NCBI GenBank assembly: GCA_002633005.1 | Contig: NMRA01000034.1 | Span: 77,038-141,037 of the forward strand | Direction: 5' to 3' | DNA: 64,000 bases | From: Phoronis australis | Taxonomy: Eukaryota; Animalia; Phoronida | In this document: piece after piece, positions 42,201-54,200 of the stretch | Numbering within the stretch: position 1 is the stretch's first letter | How the letters are laid out: every line of letters begins with the position of its first letter | Notes under the pieces: model-generated | What the model saw: the letters and a program-made list of their open reading frames with translations, nothing else | What the model was told of the DNA's origin: nothing | The model's database searches: none | Translations under genes and position numbers: made by a program

Positions 42201-45200
42201 ACATCGGGTGTCTATGCAAGAGCGTGTGTCTTATCAATGTATGGGAGGAGTCTTAGAAAGCTCTAATCCACAGAGCGTTCAATATCACTTATTTAAGATT
42301 ATGCATGGAATTATTGATAAGTCTGTAGTTAGCTAAATAATCACAAAACTATAAGATTTTAACCCAGTGAAAGTATACATTTCCTGAAATTAGAAAGCTT
42401 ACAGAATTCAATTTTAACAAACAAGGAAGGTACATCGAATGTAGAAAAACGGTATCAATGGCAAGACCAAATTTTGTTTAATATAAATTTTCAGTATGAA
42501 ATCTCAAAAATTCTGTCACAGTTTTCTAAATAAACTTCTTTTTCCATTTTATACAACTTTGGAATTTTTTCTTGAAAAATCATTGTAAATTGTAAACTAT
42601 AGTATCTGAAAGTTTCATATGAATTGCCAGCCATTTCTGAAACATGATGTTCTGAAGTGGACCTAATTTGGACAATTTTCTAGGGTCCTCACTTAACTCA
42701 GCAAAATTTATATTTTTTGAAAGCAGAGATTCCGTAGAATTTTATTTTTTGACTATACCAATCTGCCATTAATTTCGTACGATATAAATGTTCAAGATAA
42801 AATCTCAAAAGTGATGTTACAGTTTTACAAATTATCGTTTCGTTTTATGCAAATTTAATGATTTTTCATAAAAATCATGCAAGTTCTATTTTCGACAGAG
42901 CCTCACGCCTATGTGGATCACTCTAAAAACAAAACCTGTCAGCATTTTGAAGAACAGTGCATAAAGCATAGCATCTGTAAAGTCTCTGTGAATCCAATAT
43001 GCCTACTTGGACATTTATCCAGGGTCCCACATAACCTTAAATGAACATTTGGTGCCAACAAACAATGGAAGAGGCAGGGGACCCAAGACCATGGCCGCAG
43101 CAAATTTGACAGTAGACAGCCCATGGGTTTCCCCAATCACATTCTTCTCCTGCAGCAAAACAAGAGTTCCTCCAACAGCAGCGTGCCTCCCCTGCATTCA
43201 TAACACTCTGGCAAAGAGATCGTCAAGAAAATCTAGGAATAATCACATTGAATGCACTTGTGCTTCAAATCAAGACACTCAGTATAAGCCAAAAGTATTC
43301 AGACAAAATGGCTCGGAATCCCCCCCCCCCCCTCCCAGTCAAGACAGCTGGGCTTAAGCCAAACTCCACGTCAGAGTAGTCTTCCCTCATGACTGAACAG
43401 AAAAGTTGGTCAGGTGGCTAAGCCATTATGTAATTAGAGTTTCACAGCTCTAACGGTTATTACCAGCAATTAGTGCAGAGCCGCCNATTTGGTGCCAACA
43501 AACAATGGAAGAGGCAGGGGACCCAAGACCATGGCCGCAGCAAATTTGACAGTAGACAGCCCATGGGTTTCCCCATCACATTCTTCTCCTGCAGCAAAAC
43601 AAGAGTTCCTCCAACAGCAGCGTGCCTCCCCTACATTCATAACACTCTGACAAAGAGATCGTCAAGAAAATCTAGGAATAATCACATTGAATGCACTTGT
43701 GCTTCAAATCAAGACACTCAGTATAAGCCAAAAGTATTCAGACAAAATGGCTCGGAATCCCCCCCCCCCCCTCCCAGTCAAGACAGCTGGGCTTAAGCCA
43801 AACTCCACGTCAGAGTAGTCTTCCCTCATGACTGAACAGAAAAGTTGGTCAGGTGGCTAAGCCATTATGTAATTAGAGTTTCACAGCTCTAACGGTTATT
43901 ACCAGCAATTAGTGCAGAGCCGCCATGATGGGGAAACTGATATTCTGTCTGATTACTTTTGGCTTGTAGTGTACAACCCATCGGACTCACCACTGTTGTC
44001 TCCCTGAGGGTCTACAGGGGCTTTCCTTTTTCTCTTGCGTTCTGTCGGAGTTTTTGCTTTCTCAGGAGTCTGCAACACACCCACCCACACACTCATCGCA
44101 ACAGTTTGACAAAGAACTGCGCTCACACAGTTCAGTCAACCACTTTTTAAAAAGGTAACATAATAAATGATAAACCTTCTGTAACCTCTGTTAATTTGTG
44201 AAAATTTGCAACCATTTGATAGCATGCTTATAAGTTTTCTGAGCTGAAAATGTCAGTTGATGATTTCAGTACAAAAATTCAGTTACAAATTTGAAAACAA
44301 GCTGATGCTCTATTCCCACAGACGCTCTGTCCACTCCAAACTGATCCCAAAGAATTGTAATTAATTAACTTCCAAGACAAAACAGCTATACCACGCTAAT
44401 AGATTCGTCGCAGACATATATACATCGATTATAATTGGCTACCGTATATTCCCCGTATTTAGGCCCACGTGCCTATACATGAAGCTACCTATATCGAGAA
44501 TTAGGTGCGTGCACTTAATAGATGAAACACTTAACCAAAATCGTCTTGGCAAAAGGCAGATGATACAACAAAAGATTGAGCCAATGGGGCACTACTTCAA
44601 AAATGGGAGGCAAAACACGGCTGATCAGTCCATGTCACCTTCCATTCTCATGAACACATGGCTGTGTACAGTGTTCTCTATGAGACATTTTAGATGTTTT
44701 GACACCAGTTTAGAGTACTGATTCTAAGCATTTAAATACAAACCCTCAACAGTACCACACTTGAACTTTCAAACATGTTCATGAATTTCATAATTGCAAG
44801 AGTTTGAAACTTTGGTTACAGAGAACACTGGCGTTAACACGTAATGCCAACTTGTGCCTTGCCAAAGTTGCCATGTAAATGCAATAGAAGTCCAGTGAAT
44901 GCCTTTTCACTATCTAAACCATGAATGCCTTTTTGACAACTAAAGCGTTACTACCTACCGGTACGCCTGTAATCTCTTCCTTGTCACTGTGAGACCCACT
45001 GCGGCCACTGAGGTTAGAGTTGTCCTGAGCCACTTCACTACTGTGTACACTGGTCACACTAACGCTCGAGGACATCTGGGATGTGTGGCTAATCAACTGC
45101 AAACCAGTCAAAGCTGTATCATCAACCACATGAAATTAAGTCTCTAAGAAACAATCAGGTGTTTAACAATTGCAGACGTGGTCTGACCTACCTTCTAACA

Positions 45201-48200
45201 ATATAGATTGGCATTTATTAGATACCAGATGCTTAATAATTAAGACAAAAACTCCAATAACAAATATTAATAAAATTGCCTTTATCAATCGTCAACTTCC
45301 AAGATCACAAATGTACGGCACGCCACACTAGTATTGAACCCTACGAATTTCTTAAGTTCAGTGCACCTAATACACACCTTGGTCCAATTGATCACAGGCG
45401 ATCCTCTACTGGAAACTTGTGCACAGCTGCATGAAAAAATTTCACTGTCTTCCATAAACCCTCTACACACATTTGTGGATTTTGCTTCTTCACTAATGCT
45501 ATATTTCACTTTACCTTCATTAAAAGTGCCTGCATTACTTATGAGCTCCCCGTTCACACATTTCAATGAAAATGAAGAGAGACTGTCCATAGGGGGGGCT
45601 GCATTAAAAGGTCCCTATTTACGTAAGAAAATATTAAAAATTGAATCGCACTGTTAATGAGAATGTCCGTTTGTACAGTAAAGGAAGATTATCAGCCCAC
45701 CCTGCTTAAACAATCCATGACATAGCAGGATTAGGTAGGCTGTAGTGTATATCTGTGCTAATAGTTACTTACAGGTGTACCGCATTTTAAAAACCAGTTT
45801 TTGTCACCGAATAACAAATGTCAAACTGGTTCTCAAAATGTTGGACCCCATTAAGTGACTACTCTGTGCATATCTAGCACATGTACCTACCCGACTTCCT
45901 TGAAACCTGGCTTCAAACAACTCAAGTCTTCTGGGATCTATGCTCTGTATATTGTCCATTTGGCCTGCAACAAACGGAGTACAAGCATTATTTACTGGAG
46001 GTGCCGATTCCATGCATTGCACTGAAAATCTGCCACTGCTTATAATAACAATAGAAATGAAATATGAACAGACTTCATAAAGCCTCACCCGATTCGCCAA
46101 CACATTTAGTACAAGGAGTTGACAACTCAATTCCAAATGCCCTACATTGCCTGTCCCTTGTTTTACACAGCGATTGCTCCACATCTAGCATGCCAATCAC
46201 CTTGTTTCTGCTTGGTTCACAGATAAGCTAGGTTCAATGACCTAGTTAGGCGACCCCCAGTCAATATCACGCTTATATCATAATATTATGTGGATCTTCC
46301 AGAAGCAATTTGATTCAAAGTAAACAACTAAATGCCCTGTCCTAAGTAAGCTGTGGCAATGTTTATGAATGACATATTATTCCTAAGAGAGACCAGTGGT
46401 CTCCAAAATCCATTTTGACTGGTTATAGACACTTTAACAGGTTTGACTTTTTACCAGTGATGAGTTTGACTCACCTCCATTGGAAGTCGGTGCACAGATA
46501 TAACGCTTTCTAGTGCTTTCCAGACTCAACTCTTACTGTGATTATATTTTTTATAATAAATATTTAACAAAATTTTGAATTGATGTGTCATTTTTTTCAG
46601 CGAACATCTTAGGCGTTAGAAACCAGCTCCCGAATCCGAGCAAAACAGGCAACCACTCCATTGTATCGGGAGCACGTACATTAATTATGTAGTTTCCATA
46701 GAGTTGGAATGTTCTGGAGATCTTAACTATAGATAATGCTCATGTTTAAAATGAAAATATCCAGGAACTCGATCTTAAAACGCAACTTTTTGCTCAAGCC
46801 TACATTTCAAATAATGGTCATTGAAGTTGTGGTCCTATCTGTACTAACAATATGGCTCAGTCACGCCCGATTCAACACAATTTAGCTACAGATGCATCAC
46901 TGGTCCAATCAAGACACAGGGTCAATAATCAGCTATCACACAATGGGTTTCCCAACAACTATCTTGTAACATTCTCGCATACTAGTTGAGTAATCGATAG
47001 AAGGCTTCTTATAGGAGATTCAGAAAATCAAACATAATGGAATGCACTTTTTTTAAGAGGCAGACATCAGATCGCGATGCCACCGCACAGGTCATTGTCA
47101 CGATAACACGACACATCATGGACTAACTTGCATTTCTTAAACATACATGGACAGTGACCAGCACAATAGCCCAGACTTATTTCAAAATGACTATCTTTCT
47201 CATGCAACATCATGGACTAACTTGCATTTCTTAAACAAACATGGACAGTGACCAGCACAACAGCCCAGACTTATTTCAAAATGACTCATGTAGTGCCTTA
47301 TCCACAAGTCTGTATTTAACCAAACACCTGTAAAACTAAACGTTTAACTCGGTAAAAATATAGATTTTATGAATGTTGAAAGCCTATAGAATTGGATTTC
47401 GATGATTTATCAATAAGCCATTGACTGGCTCATCGGAGTGACCACGTCTTTGTAAAATGTAGCAAAAAAAGGAAGGAATTTCATTTGATATAGATGTTCA
47501 CAATGAAATCTAAAAACAATGGTTCATCAGTTTTCAAAGTTATGCTTTCATTTCATATTTTAATTTTTCATGAAAATCATTAGTCCTATTTTTAGGAACA
47601 TTTCAAAAACAATTCCCAACACCCTTTGAAGTCCAGTGTATAAACAAAAGTACCTTAAAGTTTTACATGAATATGGTCAGTCATTTCCGAGATATGGTGT
47701 TCCAACTTTAGCCAAATTTAGACATTTTTCTAGATCCAACAAGAGTAGGGAATAGTGGAAATGCCCTTAGCAAATCAACATACTGCAAACGGATCCAATC
47801 TGTCACAATGCTGGTCTAGTGTAGAGAAGTGTGTGGACTTATTCCCCAAGTCCACTCAGCTTGATGTATATCTATGAACATGTGGTGACTGTCTATGTGA
47901 TCTAAGACCAACATGTGATCAATAACGGACCATGTTCACCTCCTCAGGCTTTTACACAGAGTTAGTCCTACATTTGAGCAAGTGAAGTGATGTATCAAAA
48001 CAACACCAGTATGGCAAGTTTTAAATAAATGAGTAGTATACATCGTGCACCAAAACATTAATAACAAGTACAGTACCTGAGATGTCCTTTAGATTGGGAC
48101 ATAAACACAAACATTCTTGGAAAAATGTCAAAATCGGATTGGAATTAGCCATTAATCTGCTTGCTACTACTTATCATTCATAACATCCTACCACGTCTTG

Positions 48201-51200
48201 ATCTAAGGCAGCACTTAACACTTGTTGAACACTTCCAGTCTGACTGATGAATTACAGTTAGTGACAATGACCTTCATGTCACTCAGGAGGCCTGGTTCAA
48301 ACATGAATGAGGACTGTAATAAATGACCCAGTTTTGCCTTAATATGGCTGCCTTAGGCAATGTCCAATGTCAAAAAAACACCAACATTTCAACTCACAGT
48401 TCACCATTCACTACATGGTGACACCGTAGAAAGCTGCCTCTTTCTCAATCCGATTAGATGGAGAGGCGACAGCAGTTCATCACCGTGAGGATGTTCGAGG
48501 GTTAATGGTTCCTACTCCCCAGTCACTACCTCAATGCATGCATTTCCACAGGTAGGACCCTTGTTACAAAAGTACCACATGGTGAAATTTGAGGTGTTCA
48601 CTGAATCTTTCACTACTACAACCGCGAATAAAGTCCGCAGTTTTGTGGTAAGATAAGCGACTGGGAAAAATGAACCACAGGGAAGTGGATGTTGATGGTA
48701 TTTTTGCCAACAACAAAACTGTCAGCGGAAACATGCTTTTTCCAGGAAGTGGGCAGGCTAATATGTTCAATATGATACACTAACAGGGCCCTCGATTTTA
48801 AGACCACATAATGGGAAATTGGCTCTATAAATAGGGGTTGGAAAGCCATGCACTTACCCATGGTTAAGAAGAGTAAAACAGTACAAAGTAAAACGACGGG
48901 TGTCGGTACTAAAACATATTAAAATATTCCTTCCATTCCTCTCAATGGGAAAATTCCTGTGAGAAGATAAAGGCACCATACCCCTTACGTGACCGAATGT
49001 CCCGACTTATAGTTTGTATTATGCCTTTTCCTTCCTTAAAAACCAACAAGAGCAACGCAGAGGGTTGAAATGTGCTCACGAATACTCTCGAGTTCCGAAT
49101 AGCCGTATCTATACCATTATTTATTTCAGACTTGTTTTCTGGTCTATACGGAGCTTATTCGGGTCTCTGTGTTTATTAATTTTCCAAACTTTTTCCACTC
49201 ACCACAATTATTTGGTTCTGAAATTCGGAGTAGGCCATTTCATACTTTTATTTCATTGGATGTTACACAAAAACTTAGTTGGTGACACCCCGTATCGTAC
49301 CCAAACTTTCTGATTAGAGCACTCAGTCCTAACCTCTCGACCACGAGAAACTCAGTTTGGGTTTGTAATTTAGAAAGGCTATATACGACTCCACGCTACG
49401 CATGGAAGTCACGTCATATGCATTAAAAAAGACTTTATTCGCTAAAATATACAAAAGTATGTTTCAAAGCTTAAAACAATCGGACTCCCAAGCAAGGGTT
49501 TACGCAGTGGCTGACTTTTGGACGGCCAGAATGTTATTTCAGACAGGTTCGGTGGGAGGGTCAGAATTAAAAAAGACTAGCAAAATTTAAAAAAACTTGA
49601 AATGATGACCACTTTCTCGATATTTTCGGCTGGTCGGCTGTCACTCAAATAAATAGGCCATCTGTCATTTCAGAAATAAGAAATTAAGTGCACAGAAAGT
49701 TTTTTCTTAGCGCATTTTTCAACATTCCGCGTGCCTCGTGACACAGGTCGGTGCAACCGGCAACCCAACATACCTATCAATGGAAACGCTTTTGACGATT
49801 CTTATTGGTTGTTACTTGTGCATTTCTCATTTAGACAAACACTATTGGTTAGTTTTGGTGCATCTCTCATTGTCACTAGCCAATCAAATTTGAACTCATC
49901 TAACAGGGTTTCTTTGGCTGATCCAATATTTATGATTACATCCTGTGAAAAACTGGCAAGCAGTTACAATTATTCACTGTGTCTGTGCCCGACATTTGCA
50001 GTTTCGGGGGGAGTAATTCCGGGATTTTGCACAGCCAGTGTCATCTGCGATTTCCGTCGTGATTGACATACTTAGTAATGTCGTTTGCCATGCAAAGGCC
50101 TAAAAAGGACTCGAGGATTGTTTAACAAGAGTCTCCAACTACGGATGTTGACACAGATGCTGATACTACAAGTACCGTATTTGCCGTAATAACCGCCCAT
50201 GCCCCTATACGTGCTCCCACCATGCGTTTTCAGACTTTGCTAAAATAAGCACCCAGTCCATGAACGTGTACGTGCCAAAAATGTCTTACCTACAGTACTA
50301 CAATTCTACAGTAACGTCTTCAATTTATAAATAATATCCGTCAGTCCTGAAAAAAATCGTGCGCAGAATTTGTAGACGAGCCTCGCCGCTATGTCAGTAT
50401 TTAGCCGTGACTATACACTTCAAACTTCCCCCATGCCTCAAAACAAACACAAAAGTTCTGCTGACATTGCGAGGACCAATGGTCTGGTGTTTCAGAACAG
50501 AAATAGTGTACTTGTCTACGGGATTGCTTTGTAGATACTTCCCGCTTTCAACAGGAATCCAAATTTCTTTGTAGGCCTACATGTGAAAACCGCGAATCAA
50601 AGACTAATGAAAAGCTTGGCCAGTGTTAAAAGCACGTGGCCATGAAGCGCACGCTACATACATGAACCTGACATCAAAGGCATTAGTCGGGAACTATCCA
50701 TTCATGAAACGGGTAGCATAGCATCGGCAAGAAAAGAATATTGGCACTAATTTCTGACAGTTTCTCATACTATAAAAAATGTTTGCGTTATTTTTAAGAT
50801 GAATTGTTTAATTAACCATAATTGGTGTTTTTAAGCCAAATATCTGAATAAATGACCACTGACAGTGAATGCTTACACACCCTTACACCGAAAAATAACT
50901 GTCAGATAGTCACGTACGCCGCATCCAGCCACACGGCGACTAATATGGCCTTAACGAGACAAATGTCGAACGTTTTTAGCACGAGACCGGAAAAGTGCTG
51001 AATGAAACACGCTCTGGTTTAGGTCTACTGCTTGTGCAAATTTCTTTAGATACAATGCACATCTAGCTCGTTAGATTGCGTGGCTCTGGCCAAAAGACAG
51101 TATCTGCTCTGGCAAATGAACTCTGGTGACACGCACGCGCTCGCTTACTCACAAACTCAGACAACTTCAAAACAAACGTCACGTGACAACAACATGTGTG

Positions 51201-54200
51201 TTTGTCCAGACATTTTTCTCATGTTGCCCATCATTCATGTAGATGTCACGATGTACTAGCAGATTTTTATTTAACCTGCCGTGATCCCGACTCCACGGGA
51301 ACTTGGAAAACTTAAGGAGGATTTCAGGTAATTTGCTTGAGTCGAAACTGTATTTTTATTCAAGCATTCAAGTTGCCAAATCGACGATTGCAAGGCAGGC
51401 AGTCGGCGAGTTTTCGCCCTGGGATTTCACCACAATTTTCTGAAAAAGATCGTAATTTAGCAGCAAACTTTGATAGCAATGCACCACAGTTTTGTAGAAA
51501 GTCTTTGATAGATTACAGATACGTCAAAGTGCGTAAATATGATGAATCTTAGCTTCCGATTTCACCCATTTCGGATACCGGGTTTCAACGGCCTTGGGTT
51601 ATAATAAGTGCCCCCGTGAAACAAACAAAGTGCCCTGGGCGGTTATTACGGCAAATACGGTATTTGTATGATAAAAATTGCCACTAAATAGTGCAAAACA
51701 TGTCGAATCCATCCGTAAACGATAACAAGTCATCAATTTTTTAATAGAAAGTCATTTATTATATTTCATGAAAATCCGTCAAGAAACTTCAGAAAAACAG
51801 AGAAAAACGGAAAAAAATTAGCCCTAGGGGGCACAGCGTTCGTCAGATCCATCTGAAGGTTGTCATCATCTTCATATAATGGTAATGACTTTCTAAATTT
51901 AATAAAGATCCTGCAGTTGGTTTAGATCTACTAGGAGGCCACTAGGAGGCACCACAGCAGTCAAACTTGTCGAAAAATCATCATCAACCATCCTCTTCAC
52001 ACTAAGAACATATATGTCAATGTTCACAATCATCCTTGGAGTGGTTTGGTTGATAGAGGGGTGGATGGTAAAAACAGACTACAAAATAGTAGGCACTAGA
52101 TGGTGCAAAATACATCGAATCCATTCGATAACGAGAACATGTCATCATTTCTTTAATATAGAGCTATTTATTAAATTTCATAAAAATCCATTAAGGAACT
52201 TCTGAGAAACAGACGAAAATGGAAAAAAATGAAAGTGCCACTATGGGGCACAGCGTTCATCGGATCCGTCTGAAAGTCATCCTCTGTTGTCAACTTCATA
52301 CAAACACACTTGCTAAATTTAATAAAAATCCTACAGTGTGTTTAGGAGATGAGTTGAGGAGGCAATGTGGCCTAGTGTGATAGGTGCCCACCATCATGCG
52401 TTCGAGTCTCACTGCTAAACCCTTGGGTCAGGTTTCTAGCTCCTCAGCTCGGTTTTAACTATATGTTAATAAAGCACAAAAATAGTTCCAGGTGAGCAGT
52501 GCAATGGGCCCACATGCGTGGCCTGAGCACATCTGGTACAAAGTGCACAAGACCACCTGCAATTATTTTTTTTGGAGACAGCGATGGGCGCAAAAAACTG
52601 CCACTAGTAGTCCAAGTCGTCGGAAAATCATTGTCACTTCACACTAAGAACATGTATGCCAATTTCCACAATCATCCTTAGTGTGGTTTGGTTGATAGAG
52701 GGGCGGACGCCAAAAACAGATTCAAAATAAAAATGGCCACTAGGTGGTGCAAAATACCTCGAATCCATCCTAAAACCGGAGAATAGTGTTGTCTCCCCAA
52801 TTGATCCCTATGTGCCGAATTTGATGAAAATCCGTTGAAGACCTTTGAAGATACAGAGCGTAAAAAAATTAAAATTGCCACCAGGGGGCACACCGGTAGT
52901 CGTAACCGTCCAAAATTCGCCGTCATCCATCATCAGCTTCATAGGAGCATATTTGCCAAACCTCATCAAGATCCTGCAAGGGGTTTAGGAGATACAGCTG
53001 CGGACGCCAGATGCCCAGACAGAGATGATGGCAATATGCACCCACGGTGGGTGCATACCAAAATATCACGTAAAATTTTTCTAGGCCAGAACACTTCCCT
53101 TGATTGTATAAATTTCCACAACAGATATACAACATGAAATTCCCTTTGTCAAAAGATCCAGGAATCTTCCACTACTCCTAAAATAACCCCTCACCCTATC
53201 CTAACGGCTTGAAGGCAGGTCGCTACATGTTTAGCTTTCCATTTTTCATTATAGTGGCAGTAAAAATGTAGCAACTACAACCGAAAAAAAATTTTTTTTG
53301 ACAAATATCAATTAATTGAAACACTAGCTTTGTACAAATACTGTATTCGCCCTAATTAGTGCTTAGGGCGCTTAGAACAATTAGTTTCGGGAGGCAGGGG
53401 CGCTTATTGTAGCCTAAGGCAGTTGAAACTCAGTCTCTGAAACAGGTGAAATCGGAAGCTAGGATTCATCTAATTTATGCTCTGCAATGTATCTGTAGCC
53501 TATGACGGACTTTCCCCAAAATTGTGGGGCATTGCTATCAAACTTTGTTGTTAAATTACGATCCTTTTTCAGAAAATTACAGGGAAAACTGATGTGTCGC
53601 TGCTTCGCGATTGTCAATAAGGCAACTTGAATTCTCGAAAAAAAATATGTTTCGACTCAACAAATAACACGAAATCCTCTTTCAGTTTCCAAAGACTTTT
53701 AAGTTCATGTGGAATTGGGATTAACCGCAGATTAAGTCCAAATCTTGCGCTAGACCGCACCCCGCAACATGAGAAAATCTGGACGAACACACATGTTGTT
53801 GTCACTTGACATTTGTTTTGATGTTTGTCTGCGTGTGTGTGTGCCGAGTGAGCGAGATTCACTCCCGTGGACAAGTACACTGTGTCTGTTCTGAAAGGCC
53901 AGACCGTAGTGGGACACATACCTCAAGAGATCTGCAAAACTTTTGAGTTCCTTTTGAAGCACTGCGGAAGTTTGAAGTGTATATTCACGGCTAAATACCG
54001 ACATACCAACGAGTCTCGAGGTCTAGAATTGGCACACAATGATTTTTTCAGGACTGTCGGATATTATTGATAAATTGAAGACGTTACTGTAGAATTTTCG
54101 AACTCTAGGTAAGGCATTTTTCAAATGTATACACGTTCATGGGCTGGGCACTTACTTTTAACAAACTCTGAAAATGCGTGGGTGGTGCTTATTGGGACAT

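Larger units (their letters stand above)
50123..53064 (+). mobile_element. Near full-length HINE-like element interrupted by a Tc2/pogo-like element and a SINE
   Basis: AACAAGAG start at 50123; subunit array 51663-53000; terminal hairpin TATGCACCCAC-G-GTGGGTGCATA followed by CCAAAA. Confidence 0.68.

Noticed and set aside
43047-43924. Apparent duplicated ORFs (116 aa and 107 aa) or recent segmental duplication
   Set aside because: Junction is exactly an N and the copies differ at only 3 sites; typical of overlapping haplotype contig ends. The ORFs are antisense intronic with no recognisable domain.
46400-47000. Possible decayed Penelope/LINE reverse transcriptase on the minus strand (IEFLDI-like, GKPIV-like words)
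   Set aside because: Only isolated short motifs in different frames; not supportable without blastx.
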